DNA of 64,000 nt from Candidatus Omnitrophota bacterium (GTDB taxonomy: Bacteria; Omnitrophota; Gorgyraeia; Zapsychrales; Fredricksoniimonadaceae). The notes under the pieces were generated by a model. It was given only the letters and a program-made list of their open reading frames with translations, was not told where the DNA came from and did no database searches. Shown piece after piece: positions 27,812 to 37,667 of this stretch. The DNA is taken from positions 39,421 through 103,420 of the forward strand of contig JADFYI010000003.1 in the NCBI GenBank assembly GCA_015233145.1, read 5' to 3'. The position numbers and the translations under genes were made by a program. Every line of letters begins with the position of its first letter. The first letter of the stretch is position 1.

Positions 27812-28974
27812 AGGTTTCTTTATATTATCCATGGGTTTATCTTAAAGGTGGCGCGGAGCGACTGATCAGCGAGCTTATCACCCGCAGCCGCCATGACTGG
27901 ACGATTTTTACCAATCATTTTGACCGGGAGAACACTTTTAAAGAGTTTTCTAAAGTGCCTGTCGTTGAGTTAAAACGTGTTTCTGTCAAAAGAGAAATCA
28001 GTGAGGTGTTGAAGGCAACGTTGTTGATAGCCGGGCAGAAAATTCCTGCGAAAGATTTTGATGCGCGTTGCGTGGTGATCGATAGTATCGGGTCGTTTAT
28101 TAACGTCAAAAACAAGGACCTTCCGGTCTTTTCAATATGCCTTACTCCGTTAAGGCTTGTTTATGACCCGCATTATTCCAAACATTATCATGCGCGAAAA
28201 AAAGGCAAGGAACATCCGGTGCTTACCGGTGGGAAATCTGTTTTTCGTTTTTTTGACAGGATGTGCTGGCAGCATTACGGGAAAGTTTTTTGTATCAGCG
28301 GGGAAGTGAAGAATCGTGTGAGTTCCGCTGGAATTATTGACCATCAAAAACTTCAAGTGGTCTATCCCGGAGTTAATCTTGATTTTTATAAGCCAGGGGA
28401 AGGAGCATCAGAACAATATTTTCTTTTACCAGGCCGGATCATGTGGACCAAAAATATTGAGCTTGGCATTGATGCTTTTCGGCTCTTTTGTGAGAAAAAC
28501 AAGGGTTTTGAACTGCGTATTGCCGGCATTGTGGATGCGAAAAGCCAGGAATATTATGATATGCTCCAGAAGAAAGCCGAAGGCCTGCCTGTTAAATTCC
28601 TGACTAAAGTCAGCGATCACGAGATGCTTAAGCTGTACCAGAATTCATTCGCAGTTTTGTTCACGCCTTTTAATGAGGATTGGGGATTTATTCCGCTTGA
28701 GGCCATGGCGTGCGGTAAGCCGTGTGTTGCGGTGAACCGCGGGGGCCCGAGAGAAAGTGTTCAAAACGGGGAGACAGGGTTGCTCGTTGACCCTGACCCG
28801 GCTGCTTTCTCGGGAGCTATGGATAAATTAGCGAATGATCCTGCGTTAGTAGCCAGAATAAAGACAGCAGGCCTTGAGCATGTCAAAAAATTTACCTGGG
28901 CAAAATTTGTTGAGACCATTGATTGTTATATTGATAATATAGAAAAAAAGAATCAGCAGTATCAAAAGGATTGA
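27808..28974 (+). CDS. GT4 glycosyltransferase (ALG2-like)
   Basis: GGAERL, GRIMWTKN, NEDWGFIPLEAM, GGPRESV. Confidence 0.9.
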   Translation: MKVSLYYPWVYLKGGAERLISELITRSRHDWTIFTNHFDRENTFKEFSKVPVVELKRVSVKREISEVLKATLLIAGQKIPAKDFDARCVVIDSIGSFINVKNKDLPVFSICLTPLRLVYDPHYSKHYHARKKGKEHPVLTGGKSVFRFFDRMCWQHYGKVFCISGEVKNRVSSAGIIDHQKLQVVYPGVNLDFYKPGEGASEQYFLLPGRIMWTKNIELGIDAFRLFCEKNKGFELRIAGIVDAKSQEYYDMLQKKAEGLPVKFLTKVSDHEMLKLYQNSFAVLFTPFNEDWGFIPLEAMACGKPCVAVNRGGPRESVQNGETGLLVDPDPAAFSGAMDKLANDPALVARIKTAGLEHVKKFTWAKFVETIDCYIDNIEKKNQQYQKD

Positions 28975-28975
28975 A

Positions 28976-29980
28976 ATGAAAAAAAGGAAGATTTTAGTTA
29001 CCGGCGGCGCTGGGTTTATCGGGCGTGAGTTTGTGAGGCAAGCGGTTAAAGAGGGCAAGAAGCTTGTTGTCGTTGATTCTTTAACTTATGCCGGAGATAT
29101 GGCGAGGTTAAAAGAATTTGAGGGGAAAATCGAGTTTTTTAAGGCAGATATTGGCCATGCGCCTAAGCTGATAGAGATTTTCAAGAAAACCCGTCCGGAT
29201 GCTGTGATTCATTTTGCCGCGGAAACCCATGTTGACCGCAGTATTTTAGGGTCAGGGCCGTTTATTAAAACTAATGTGGAAGGCACACAGGTTCTTTTGG
29301 ATGTGTCGAAGAATTTTGAGGTCTCCCGGTTTATTCATATTTCGACTGACGAGGTTTATGGAGACGTGCTCAAAGGCCGATCAATAGAAGATTCACCCAT
29401 TGTTGCAAGCTCTCCCTATTCAGCCTCGAAAGCAGCTGCGGATCTTTTGGTCCGTTCCTATGTTCGTACGTTTGGTTTCCCTGCGATTGTTGTCCGGCCA
29501 TCCAACAATTACGGCCCCTGGCAGTATCCTGAGAAATTTATCCCTGTGGTGATTCATAAAGCGCTCAACAATGAGCATGTGCCTATCTATGCTCAGGGGT
29601 TAAACGAGCGCGAGTGGCTTTTTGTAGGCGATTGCGCAAATGCTGTTTTAACGGTTTTGAAGAAAGGAAAACCGGGTGAGGCTTATAATGTGAGCAGCGG
29701 CGATTCAAAGAAGAACATCGATGTGGCCAAAAGAATTCTGGATATTCTTGGCAAGCCTCACAGCCTGCTGACGTTTGTCAAAGACCGCCCAGGGCATGAT
29801 TTGAGGTATGCTCTTCATTCCAGCAAAATTAAGAATCAACTTGGCTGGGAGGCAGAGACTTCTTTCAGCAAAGGCCTTGAAGAAACAGTTTTGTGGTATC
29901 AAAAGAATGCGTTGTGGTGTGCCAGGAAGGCGTTGGCATTAAAGCATCACTGGTCAAAGGTATATATTAAGAAATCCTAG
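28976..29980 (+). CDS. rfbB: dTDP-glucose 4,6-dehydratase
   Basis: [41 protein letters not shown]. Confidence 0.96.
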   Translation: MKKRKILVTGGAGFIGREFVRQAVKEGKKLVVVDSLTYAGDMARLKEFEGKIEFFKADIGHAPKLIEIFKKTRPDAVIHFAAETHVDRSILGSGPFIKTNVEGTQVLLDVSKNFEVSRFIHISTDEVYGDVLKGRSIEDSPIVASSPYSASKAAADLLVRSYVRTFGFPAIVVRPSNNYGPWQYPEKFIPVVIHKALNNEHVPIYAQGLNEREWLFVGDCANAVLTVLKKGKPGEAYNVSSGDSKKNIDVAKRILDILGKPHSLLTFVKDRPGHDLRYALHSSKIKNQLGWEAETSFSKGLEETVLWYQKNALWCARKALALKHHWSKVYIKKS

Positions 29981-29996
29981 AGGCGAAAGGGGGGTT

Positions 29997-30863
29997 ATGA
30001 AAGGAATTATTCTTGCCGGCGGACGCGCGACACGGCTGTATCCCATTACCAAAGGAGTCTCCAAGCAACTCCTTCCGGTTTATGACAAGCCCATGATTTA
30101 TTATCCTTTGTCAGCCCTTCTTCTGGCCGGGATTCGGGACATTTTGATTATCTCGACACCAGAGGCCCTTCCTCAATTTAAAAATTTGTTTCATGACGGC
30201 TCACAGTTAGGCATCAAAATCAGTTACGCCGAACAAGCCGAGCCCAAAGGCATTGCCGAGGCGTTTATTATCGGCGAAAGTTTTATCGGGCGTGACCGCG
30301 TGGCCCTTGTTTTGGGCGATAATATTTTCTTCGGCCATGGTTTTTCCCAGGAATTGGAAGAGGCTGTGGGCCGCGAAGAAGGGGCAACGGTTTTCGGTTA
30401 TTATGTCAAAGACCCCGAACGGTATGGTGTTATTGAGTTTGATGACAAAAAAAATGTTGTTTCGATTGAAGAAAAGCCCAAAAAGCCCAAGTCTAATTAC
30501 GCGGTCACAGGGTTATATTTTTATGATAAGAATATTGTGAGAATCGCTAAAAGCATTAAGCCTTCCGCGCGCCAGGAACTTGAAATTACAGACGTCAACA
30601 AAGCCTACCTTGCAGAGAAAAAACTTTATGTGAGCCTTTTAGGCCGGGGGCATGCGTGGCTTGATACCGGAACTTATGACTCGTTACTGGATGCCTCAAT
30701 GTTTATTAAAACCATTGAAGACCGCCAGGGTTTGAAAATTGGCTGTATTGAAGAAATTGCTTTTCGTATGGGATATATTTCCAAAAAACAGCTTTTGTTG
30801 ATTGCGCAAGGTTTCAATACAAGTTATGGAGATTACCTTAAGTTTGTTGCCGAGGGGAATTAA
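29997..30863 (+). CDS. rfbA: Glucose-1-phosphate thymidylyltransferase
   Basis: [36 protein letters not shown]. Confidence 0.97.
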   Translation: MKGIILAGGRATRLYPITKGVSKQLLPVYDKPMIYYPLSALLLAGIRDILIISTPEALPQFKNLFHDGSQLGIKISYAEQAEPKGIAEAFIIGESFIGRDRVALVLGDNIFFGHGFSQELEEAVGREEGATVFGYYVKDPERYGVIEFDDKKNVVSIEEKPKKPKSNYAVTGLYFYDKNIVRIAKSIKPSARQELEITDVNKAYLAEKKLYVSLLGRGHAWLDTGTYDSLLDASMFIKTIEDRQGLKIGCIEEIAFRMGYISKKQLLLIAQGFNTSYGDYLKFVAEGN

Positions 30864-30866
30864 CCC

Positions 30867-31430
30867 ATGCCGTTTAAGTTTGAGAAATTAGCTATTCCTG
30901 ATGTTATTCTTGTTCAGCCCAGGGTGTTCCCTGATGACAGGGGATTTTTTTTGGAGGTTTTTAAAAGCTCTGATTTTAAAGCCGTGGGCATTAAAGACCC
31001 CTTTGTTCAAGTGAACCATTCTCAATCAGGCAAGGGGGTTTTAAGAGGCCTTCATTACCAGATTGGCGCCTCGGCGCAAGGCAAGCTTGTCCGCTGCGTG
31101 CGAGGGGAAATATACGATGTTGCTGTTGATATCCGCCGAGGCTCTCCCTGGTTTGGGCAGTTGGTGAGCCAGACACTTTCCGAGGATAATAAAACCATGA
31201 TTTATGTGCCGGTCGGGTTTGCGCATGGCTTTTGTGTTGTTTCGGATACCGCGGAAATCGAGTATTCCTGCACGCGTGAATATGATTCACGCGCAGAACG
31301 CGGCATTATTTGGAACGATCCGGACCTGAATATTGCCTGGCCGCTTAAAAATCCCTTGGTTTCCCCCAAGGATAGCATTTTGCCTTTCTTGAAGAATGCG
31401 GATAATTCTTTCGTGTATCATTCTAAATAA
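30867..31430 (+). CDS. rfbC: dTDP-4-dehydrorhamnose 3,5-epimerase
   Basis: DDRGFF, VLRGLHYQ, QGKLVRC, GFAHGF. Confidence 0.96.
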   Translation: MPFKFEKLAIPDVILVQPRVFPDDRGFFLEVFKSSDFKAVGIKDPFVQVNHSQSGKGVLRGLHYQIGASAQGKLVRCVRGEIYDVAVDIRRGSPWFGQLVSQTLSEDNKTMIYVPVGFAHGFCVVSDTAEIEYSCTREYDSRAERGIIWNDPDLNIAWPLKNPLVSPKDSILPFLKNADNSFVYHSK

Positions 31431-31449
31431 CATGACAAGAAAGGATCGC

Positions 31450-32325
31450 ATGGGGCAGTTATATTCCGGTCTTAGGGAAAAGAAATTCCTGATTCTTGGC
31501 GCAAAAGGTCAGTTGGCCAATGCGTTTGAGGATATTTTTCGTCAGGAAGGCATTCCTGCAATCTCTCCTTCAATAACAGAACTTGATATCACGCGTTTCA
31601 ATGATGTTAAGGCTTTTATTCAAAAGGTTTCACCGGACATCATTCTTAATTGCGCGGCGTATAATGATGTTGAGAGCGCTCAAACCAATCCTGAACTTGC
31701 CATGCTTGTCAACGCCCATGCGGTAAAGAATTTAGCTGATACATGCCGTTTTAAGGGCATTATTTTTGTGCATTACAGCAGTGATTATGTTTTTGACGGT
31801 AAAAAAGGATCTTCTTATACAGAGGATGACGTGCCTCAGCCTCTTAATTGTTATGGCATGAGCAAGCTTAAAGGTGAGGAAGGCCTTCGCGCTTCTGGAG
31901 CGGAGTATCTTATTTTCAGGTTGAGCTGGGTTTTTGGCCAGGGCACGCAAAACTTTCTTTATAAAGTTTATCAGTGGTCAAAAAAGACGGATCATTTAAA
32001 GATTACTTCTGATGAGATTTCAAGCCCGACATATGCCCAAGATGCCGCGCATATTACGCTTTTGAGCCTGGAGAGGGGCCTGCGCGGGACTTTTCATTTA
32101 ACAAATAGTGGCCAGGTGTCGCGTTATGAGTTTGTCCGTTACTTTATTGAAAAAAAAGGCCTTTCCGTGACAGTTGAGCCTGCGCTCATGGCGGATTTTA
32201 AGACCAAAGCCGAGCGGCCATCGTTTTCATGCCTTTCCAATGACAAGATTTCACGGGCCCTTGGCATTCAAATTCCGTCATGGCAGAATGCTGTTGACCG
32301 GTTTATAAAAGCCTCCTTTTTATAA
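31450..32325 (+). CDS. rfbD: dTDP-4-dehydrorhamnose reductase
   Basis: GAKGQL, NCAAY, SSDYVFDG, YGMSK. Confidence 0.95.
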   Translation: MGQLYSGLREKKFLILGAKGQLANAFEDIFRQEGIPAISPSITELDITRFNDVKAFIQKVSPDIILNCAAYNDVESAQTNPELAMLVNAHAVKNLADTCRFKGIIFVHYSSDYVFDGKKGSSYTEDDVPQPLNCYGMSKLKGEEGLRASGAEYLIFRLSWVFGQGTQNFLYKVYQWSKKTDHLKITSDEISSPTYAQDAAHITLLSLERGLRGTFHLTNSGQVSRYEFVRYFIEKKGLSVTVEPALMADFKTKAERPSFSCLSNDKISRALGIQIPSWQNAVDRFIKASFL

Positions 32326-32397
32326 TTAAGCAAATTAGTCTAAATTTTTTCCTAAATAATAGTAGAATATTTCTATCTATCAGTAAGGGGAAAAACA

Positions 32398-32952
32398 ATG
32401 AAACTAAAATATTTTTTGTTAACTGTGATGATATTGGCCATTCTTGGCTGCGGGAAGGCAACGCCTCCTAAGAACATTGTTGCGCAAGTTAACGATTACC
32501 AGATTTCGCTTGAGGAATTTGAGTTGAATTTTCTTCAGTCGCCCTATGCTTCCCGCAACGACCTTTTTGAGGCCCGCAAAGATTACCTGGAGAGCCTGAT
32601 CAACCAAAAACTTATTATTCAGGACGCCCAAAAAAGGAATGTTGATAAACAAAAAGAGTTCCTTTCTTCTATTGAACATTTTTGGGAACAGTCTCTTTTA
32701 ACAATTTACCTGGGGATGAAAACAAAAGAAATTTCTGGATCAGTACATGTGCCCCAAGAGGCTATTCGCAAGTTATACGACCAGATGGTCAAGGATGGCT
32801 TGACCACAAAGACATATGAAGAGCTTTATCCCCAGATCAGCTGGCAGGCGGCTAAAGATATTGAGAGCCGCAAGCTCAATGACTGGACTGGGGAGCTGCG
32901 GAAAACCGCAGACGTGAAGATTAATGCAAACCTTTTAAAGGATGGGAAATAA
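32398..32952 (+). CDS. SurA-N-like lipoprotein, copy 1 (no PPIase domain seen)
   Basis: Lipobox LAILGC, VAQVNDYQIS, LESLINQKLIIQDA, ends LRKTADVKIN. Confidence 0.75.
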   Translation: MKLKYFLLTVMILAILGCGKATPPKNIVAQVNDYQISLEEFELNFLQSPYASRNDLFEARKDYLESLINQKLIIQDAQKRNVDKQKEFLSSIEHFWEQSLLTIYLGMKTKEISGSVHVPQEAIRKLYDQMVKDGLTTKTYEELYPQISWQAAKDIESRKLNDWTGELRKTADVKINANLLKDGK

Positions 32953-32966
32953 AACAAGGAGGGCGC

Positions 32967-33563
32967 ATGAGCCAGCAAGAGTCAAATCCCGGTAATAAGA
33001 GGCGTAATTTTTATATTGATAAGGATTTTCAGACAAAGTTTATCGTAAAATTTACCTTTCTTCTTGTCGCAGGGGCAGGCCTGACGATCGCGCTTCTGTA
33101 TTGGCTGGCCAGGCATTCTTCGAGTGTGTCAGTAACAAAGTCGCGCGTGGTTGTCATGACAACGGCTGATCTTATTCTGCCGATGCTTATCCAGACGGTC
33201 GTGGTTGTTGCTATCGTTATTGGCATTGCAGCGATTGGCGTGACCCTTTTTGTTTCGCACAAGATTGCCGGGCCTCTTTTTCATTTCAAGCGGATTTTTA
33301 AGGAGATCGCAGGAGGAAATTTTACGAAACAGGTCAATCTTCGCAAAGACGACCAGTTTCACACAGTGGCCGTTGAGTTTAATGAGATCATGACCGTGGT
33401 TCGTACCAAAATGCAAACCACCCAGGAGCAGGTTGTTTCGTTAAAAGCCTTGCTGGATGCGATGGGTGCGCTTAACCTCGACGATCAAAAACGAAAACAG
33501 TTTAATGATTTTAAAGCCAAGCTGCAGGAACTTGAAACAACGGTTAATTTTTTTAAGGTATAA
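32967..33563 (+). CDS. Two-TM HAMP-domain protein without output domain, copy 1
   Basis: KRRNFYIDKDFQ, SHKIAGPL, LRKDDQF, short coiled-coil tail. Confidence 0.8.
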   Translation: MSQQESNPGNKRRNFYIDKDFQTKFIVKFTFLLVAGAGLTIALLYWLARHSSSVSVTKSRVVVMTTADLILPMLIQTVVVVAIVIGIAAIGVTLFVSHKIAGPLFHFKRIFKEIAGGNFTKQVNLRKDDQFHTVAVEFNEIMTVVRTKMQTTQEQVVSLKALLDAMGALNLDDQKRKQFNDFKAKLQELETTVNFFKV

Positions 33564-34177
33564 TGCGCCTAAAGTTTATAAAAAACCTGGTTGCCTTTTT
33601 GTTGTTTACGGCAATGGTTTTGGCCATCTCCGTTTCTCCGGCGTTTGCCCGCGGCCCGGATGATGGGTTTTCAGCCGCAAAAAAAATTGAAACAAGGTAT
33701 TTTTCGGTCTCGCTTGCTTCGGGTGTTGATGAGCCGGCGCTTATTCAATCCCTTAATATAGGCCCGGAGTATAATATTTTTTCCTCCCTGAACGCCCGCT
33801 CGGGCAGCGGCGCTTCTTTTTCCATCAATAATTTAGGTGACCTTTTGGATGGGCTTTTTGAATGGGCGTGCGGCATAATGGATATGAATCTTTACAGTTA
33901 CCGAGGGTCGATCAAGATTGCGCGTGAGGAAAATGACCTTAAAGTTATTTATCAGCGGCTTTACGGGCAGGAGGGTTATTCTGAAAAAGGATTTTATATT
34001 GCTGAAGTTAATACGCTCTACATAGCCGCCCCGGATTTTACCAAAGAAATCCTGGGGCATGAAATGGGGCATGCGATTATCAGCAGTTTTTTTGTTGTCC
34101 AGCCGCCGGCAAAGGTTCAGGAAGTGCTGGCCGGGTATATTGAGTACCAATTGCGTAAGGTCAAGAAACCGCGGTAA
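33563..34177 (+). CDS. Exported protein with HExxH zinc-peptidase-like motif
   Basis: Signal peptide (PAFA), LGHEMGHAI plus downstream QEVLA. Confidence 0.7.
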   Translation: MRLKFIKNLVAFLLFTAMVLAISVSPAFARGPDDGFSAAKKIETRYFSVSLASGVDEPALIQSLNIGPEYNIFSSLNARSGSGASFSINNLGDLLDGLFEWACGIMDMNLYSYRGSIKIAREENDLKVIYQRLYGQEGYSEKGFYIAEVNTLYIAAPDFTKEILGHEMGHAIISSFFVVQPPAKVQEVLAGYIEYQLRKVKKPR

Positions 34178-34202
34178 TGTTTTCTTCAGGAGATCGTGAA
34201 GC

Positions 34203-35186
34203 ATGCCCAAGGATCAGGAATATGTGCTTGTGACCGGCGGCGCCGGATATATCGGCGGCCATATGGCGGGTCTGCTTGTGTCTGCGGGCCGGCGGGTGGT
34301 TGTGGCGGATAATCTGTCCACAGGTGTTATGGGCTGGATTCCTGAGGGCACGGCATTTATCAAGGCAGATCTTTGTTCTTTGGCCGATTGCCAGAAGATT
34401 TTTGAAACGTACCAGATTGACGCGGTTTTGCATTTTGCGGCCAAGATCGTGGTGCCTGAGTCGGTCAGCTGTCCGGCGGCGTATTATGCCAATAATGTCG
34501 GCGGAACGTTAAATCTTTTAAATGCCATGACCGCGCGCGGGGTGCGAAAGTTTGTTTTTTCTTCCACAGCCGCGGTTTATGGCGACCCGGCCGTTGTTCC
34601 CATATCTGAAGAGGCGCCTTTGGCCCCGCTTAATCCGTATGGCACATCCAAATGGCTGGTTGAGCAGGTTTTAAGCGATTGCGCGAATCTTGGGGTTTTA
34701 GATTACATTTCGCTCAGATATTTTAATGTCGCGGGTTGGGATACTCGTCGTTCCTGGCCGAGGAAAGGCCGGCCGAGCCCCACGCACCTTATTTCCAATG
34801 CCATGCAAGCCCTTCATAAGGGCCCGCCACTGGTGGTTTGCGGCGAAAATTATCCAACGCCTGACGGGACAGGTGTCCGTGATTTTATCCATGTTATGGA
34901 CCTCTGTGAGGCGCACCTCCTGGCACTTGATGCCCTTTCCAAGGGAACCAAGAATCAGGTGTTCAACCTTGGCAATTGCCATGGATTTTCCGTGATGGAT
35001 GTTATCCGCACGGCTTCACAGGTTGCCCAAAGGCCTGTGCCTTACGGCAAAGGCCCTCGCCGGCCAGGGGATGTGGCAACGCTTGTGGCCTCCTGTGAAA
35101 AGGCGCGTCGGATTCTTGGCTGGAAGCCAAAATTTGACCTTGAGGCGATCTTAAAAAGCGAGTGGCAGCGTTCGTTAACATGTTAG
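34203..35186 (+). CDS. galE: UDP-glucose 4-epimerase
   Basis: VTGGAGYIG, FSSTAAVYG, YGTSK, LRYFNVAG, DGTGVRDFIHV. Confidence 0.93.
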   Translation: MPKDQEYVLVTGGAGYIGGHMAGLLVSAGRRVVVADNLSTGVMGWIPEGTAFIKADLCSLADCQKIFETYQIDAVLHFAAKIVVPESVSCPAAYYANNVGGTLNLLNAMTARGVRKFVFSSTAAVYGDPAVVPISEEAPLAPLNPYGTSKWLVEQVLSDCANLGVLDYISLRYFNVAGWDTRRSWPRKGRPSPTHLISNAMQALHKGPPLVVCGENYPTPDGTGVRDFIHVMDLCEAHLLALDALSKGTKNQVFNLGNCHGFSVMDVIRTASQVAQRPVPYGKGPRRPGDVATLVASCEKARRILGWKPKFDLEAILKSEWQRSLTC

Positions 35187-35268
35187 CGTTAAAAATAGAA
35201 CACGCATTTTAAAGGGAATAATAGTAAAATACTTTCATTCCTGTTCAATCAACAAGGAGAAGAGGGAT

Positions 35269-35823
35269 ATGGGGTTAAAATATTTCTTATCTGCTCTCAT
35301 ATGTCTGGCGCTCGCGGGCTGCGGACGGGCCGAGCCGCCGAAAGAAATTATAGCCCGGGTGAATGATTACCAGATATCCCTGGAACAGTTTGAAAATGGT
35401 TTTGCCCAGTCGCCGTATGCTGCCCGCGAAGACAAGGCCCTGGCCCGAAAAGATTATTTGAATAGTTTGATCAGCCAAAAGCTTATCCTGGAGGATGCCC
35501 AGAAAAAGAATATTGATAAACAAAAAGAATTTCTCGCTTCGGTCGAACATTTTTGGGAACAGTCTCTTTTAACAGTTTCCGTTGGGATGAAAACAAAGGA
35601 AATTGACGGATCAGTGCATGTGCCCCAAGAGGCGATTCGTAAATTGTACGACCAGATGATCAAGGATGGCGTAACCACAAAAACGTATGAAGAGATTTAT
35701 CCCCAGATCAGCTGGCAGGCAGCCAAACAGCTTGAAACTGAAAAGTTGAACGCATGGATCGAGAGTTTGCGAAAGGGCGCAAATATAAAAGTTAACACCG
35801 ACCTTTTAAAGGCAGGGAAATAA
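35269..35823 (+). CDS. SurA-N-like lipoprotein, copy 2
   Basis: Lipobox LALAGC; colinear paralog of 32398..32952. Confidence 0.75.
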   Translation: MGLKYFLSALICLALAGCGRAEPPKEIIARVNDYQISLEQFENGFAQSPYAAREDKALARKDYLNSLISQKLILEDAQKKNIDKQKEFLASVEHFWEQSLLTVSVGMKTKEIDGSVHVPQEAIRKLYDQMIKDGVTTKTYEEIYPQISWQAAKQLETEKLNAWIESLRKGANIKVNTDLLKAGK

Positions 35824-35832
35824 GGGGGAAAC

Positions 35833-36429
35833 ATGACACAGCCGGCATCTTTGAGGAATTCCAAAAGACGGAATTTTTATATTGATAAGGATTTCCAAAG
35901 CAGGTTTATCGTAAAATTTTGCGCCCTTGTTGTAGGCGGGGCGGGCCTTACGATCAGCCTTCTTTACTGGTTTTCACGCCAGTCCACCAGTGTTTCCATT
36001 TTTAAGTCGCGTGTGGTTGTGATGACAACGGCTGATTTTATCCTGCCGTTGCTTGTCCAGACGGTTGTGGTTGTTTCCATTATTGTTGGGCTTGCCGCGA
36101 TTGTTGTGACTCTTTTTGTTTCGCATAAGATTGCCGGGCCTCTTTTCCGTTTCAAGCAGACTTTTAAGGAACTCTCAGAAGGGAATTTTTCAAGCCAGGT
36201 CAAGCTCCGCAAAGATGACCAGCTCCACGAAGTTGCCACGGAATTTAACCAGATGATTGTTACGGTTCGCACGAAAATGCACTCAGCCCGGGAAGATGTT
36301 CTTTTTATTAAGAACGCCATGGATGTGATTGGCGAATTTAATGTCGATGAGCACAAGCGCAAGCAATTTAACGACCTTAAAGCGAAGCTGCAGGAACTTG
36401 AAAAGACGATTGATTTCTTTAAGATTTAA
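35833..36429 (+). CDS. Two-TM HAMP-domain protein, copy 2
   Basis: Colinear paralog of 32967..33563, same length (198 aa). Confidence 0.8.
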   Translation: MTQPASLRNSKRRNFYIDKDFQSRFIVKFCALVVGGAGLTISLLYWFSRQSTSVSIFKSRVVVMTTADFILPLLVQTVVVVSIIVGLAAIVVTLFVSHKIAGPLFRFKQTFKELSEGNFSSQVKLRKDDQLHEVATEFNQMIVTVRTKMHSAREDVLFIKNAMDVIGEFNVDEHKRKQFNDLKAKLQELEKTIDFFKI

Positions 36430-36471
36430 TGCGCTTCCCCTCCGCATTTGGCAGCCACTAACAGGATAAAT

Positions 36472-36927
36472 ATGAGCGGTCCTATCGCAACAAACAAGAA
36501 GGCCTACCACAACTTCTTTCTGACGGATAAATGGGAGTGCGGCATTGAGTTAAAAGGCGCGGAAGTCAAGTCTGTCCGCGGGGGTGATGTTAATTTTTCA
36601 GATTCTTATGTCGGTGTGGACGGCAATGAGGTTTGGCTTTACAAGCTCCATATCGCGCCCTATGCCCAGGCGAGTTATATGAACCCGTCAGACCCGGACC
36701 GCCCGCGTAAGCTTTTATTGAATAAAAAAGAAATCAAGCGCATTACCGGCCTTTTGACCCAGGCCGGAGCCACGGTAATTCCGACAAAAATTTATATTAA
36801 TGCCCGCGGGCTGGTTAAAGTCGAGGTGGCCCTGGGCAAGGGCAAAAAGCTTTACGACAAGCGTGATGACATCAAGCGCCGTGATTCAAGCCGTGAAATG
36901 GCACGGGCGCTGCGTCGGACGCGTTAA
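36472..36927 (+). CDS. smpB: SsrA-binding protein
   Basis: IATNKKAYHN, GIELKGAEVKS, RKLLL, GKKLYDKR. Confidence 0.97.
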   Translation: MSGPIATNKKAYHNFFLTDKWECGIELKGAEVKSVRGGDVNFSDSYVGVDGNEVWLYKLHIAPYAQASYMNPSDPDRPRKLLLNKKEIKRITGLLTQAGATVIPTKIYINARGLVKVEVALGKGKKLYDKRDDIKRRDSSREMARALRRTR

Positions 36928-36970
36928 AAGTTTTTTATGAGAAAGATGAGAAAAGAGGTATAATTTATTT

Positions 36971-37504
36971 ATGTTTGTTTATGAAGATGTTTTTAAAGCA
37001 TTAAATAAAGCGAAGATTAAGTATGTCGTGGCTGGTGGGTTTGCCGTTATTTTACATGGGTATCCACGGTATACAGGAGATTTGGATCTTATTGTTTATT
37101 TGGAGCATGAAAATTTAGGCCTTTTTTTTGATGTGCTTAAAACTTTGGGATACGGCCCGAAAGTCCCGGTTAAAAAAGAAGATTTTCAGAATGCGGAATT
37201 AAGGAAGCGGTGGAAGAAAGAAAAAGGCATGCTTGTTTTTTCTTTTCAGGATCGCAATCCTCCGTTTCATTTGATTGATATGTTTCTAGAAGAACCCATA
37301 CCTTTTAAAGAAGTTTTCGCTAAATCAGTTAAGGCGAAGTATGGGAGTGTTAAAGTTCCTATTATCGGGATTGGGCATCTTTTGAAACTTAAAGATGCTG
37401 CCGGACGAGGCAAGGATCTTGAAGATATTGTTCAATTAAAAGCGATTCAAGAGAGACGTCATGAAGAAGAGCGAGAATCTAAGAAGAAAACGCGGACGGC
37501 GTGA
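36971..37504 (+). CDS. Pol-beta-superfamily nucleotidyltransferase (DUF6036/AbiEii-like)
   Basis: VAGGFAVILHGYPRYTGDLDL; C-terminal LLKLK.AAGRGKDLEDI. Confidence 0.85.
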   Translation: MFVYEDVFKALNKAKIKYVVAGGFAVILHGYPRYTGDLDLIVYLEHENLGLFFDVLKTLGYGPKVPVKKEDFQNAELRKRWKKEKGMLVFSFQDRNPPFHLIDMFLEEPIPFKEVFAKSVKAKYGSVKVPIIGIGHLLKLKDAAGRGKDLEDIVQLKAIQERRHEEERESKKKTRTA

Positions 37505-37631
37505 AGTATACGAGCATTTGGATGCATTTCTGCGTTTGAGTTATTCTGAGCGTGGGCAGTGGATTACAGATGCATTTGCCCTGGCTGATGCTGTTCGAAG
37601 CAAGCGCGCGGGTGTTATTGCGTCTCATTAG
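37461..37631 (+). CDS. 56-aa protein overlapping the nucleotidyltransferase (candidate partner), absent from the ORF track
   Basis: Hand translation MKKSENLRRKRGRREVYEHLDAFLRLSYSERGQWITDAFALADAVRSKRAGVIASH*; GAGAG upstream. Confidence 0.55.
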   Translation: MKKSENLRRKRGRREVYEHLDAFLRLSYSERGQWITDAFALADAVRSKRAGVIASH

Positions 37632-37667
37632 TTTTTGGATGTTTGCTGACTTGTTCTTTAAAAATTT

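Larger units (their letters stand above)
32350..36434 (+). repeat. Diverged ~1.2 kb direct duplication (32350-33568 and 35215-36434)
   Basis: Shared upstream AATAATAGTA(G/A)AATA, identical tracts such as GAACATTTTTGGGAACAGTCTCTTTTAACA, and both copies end TAATGCGC. Confidence 0.9.
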
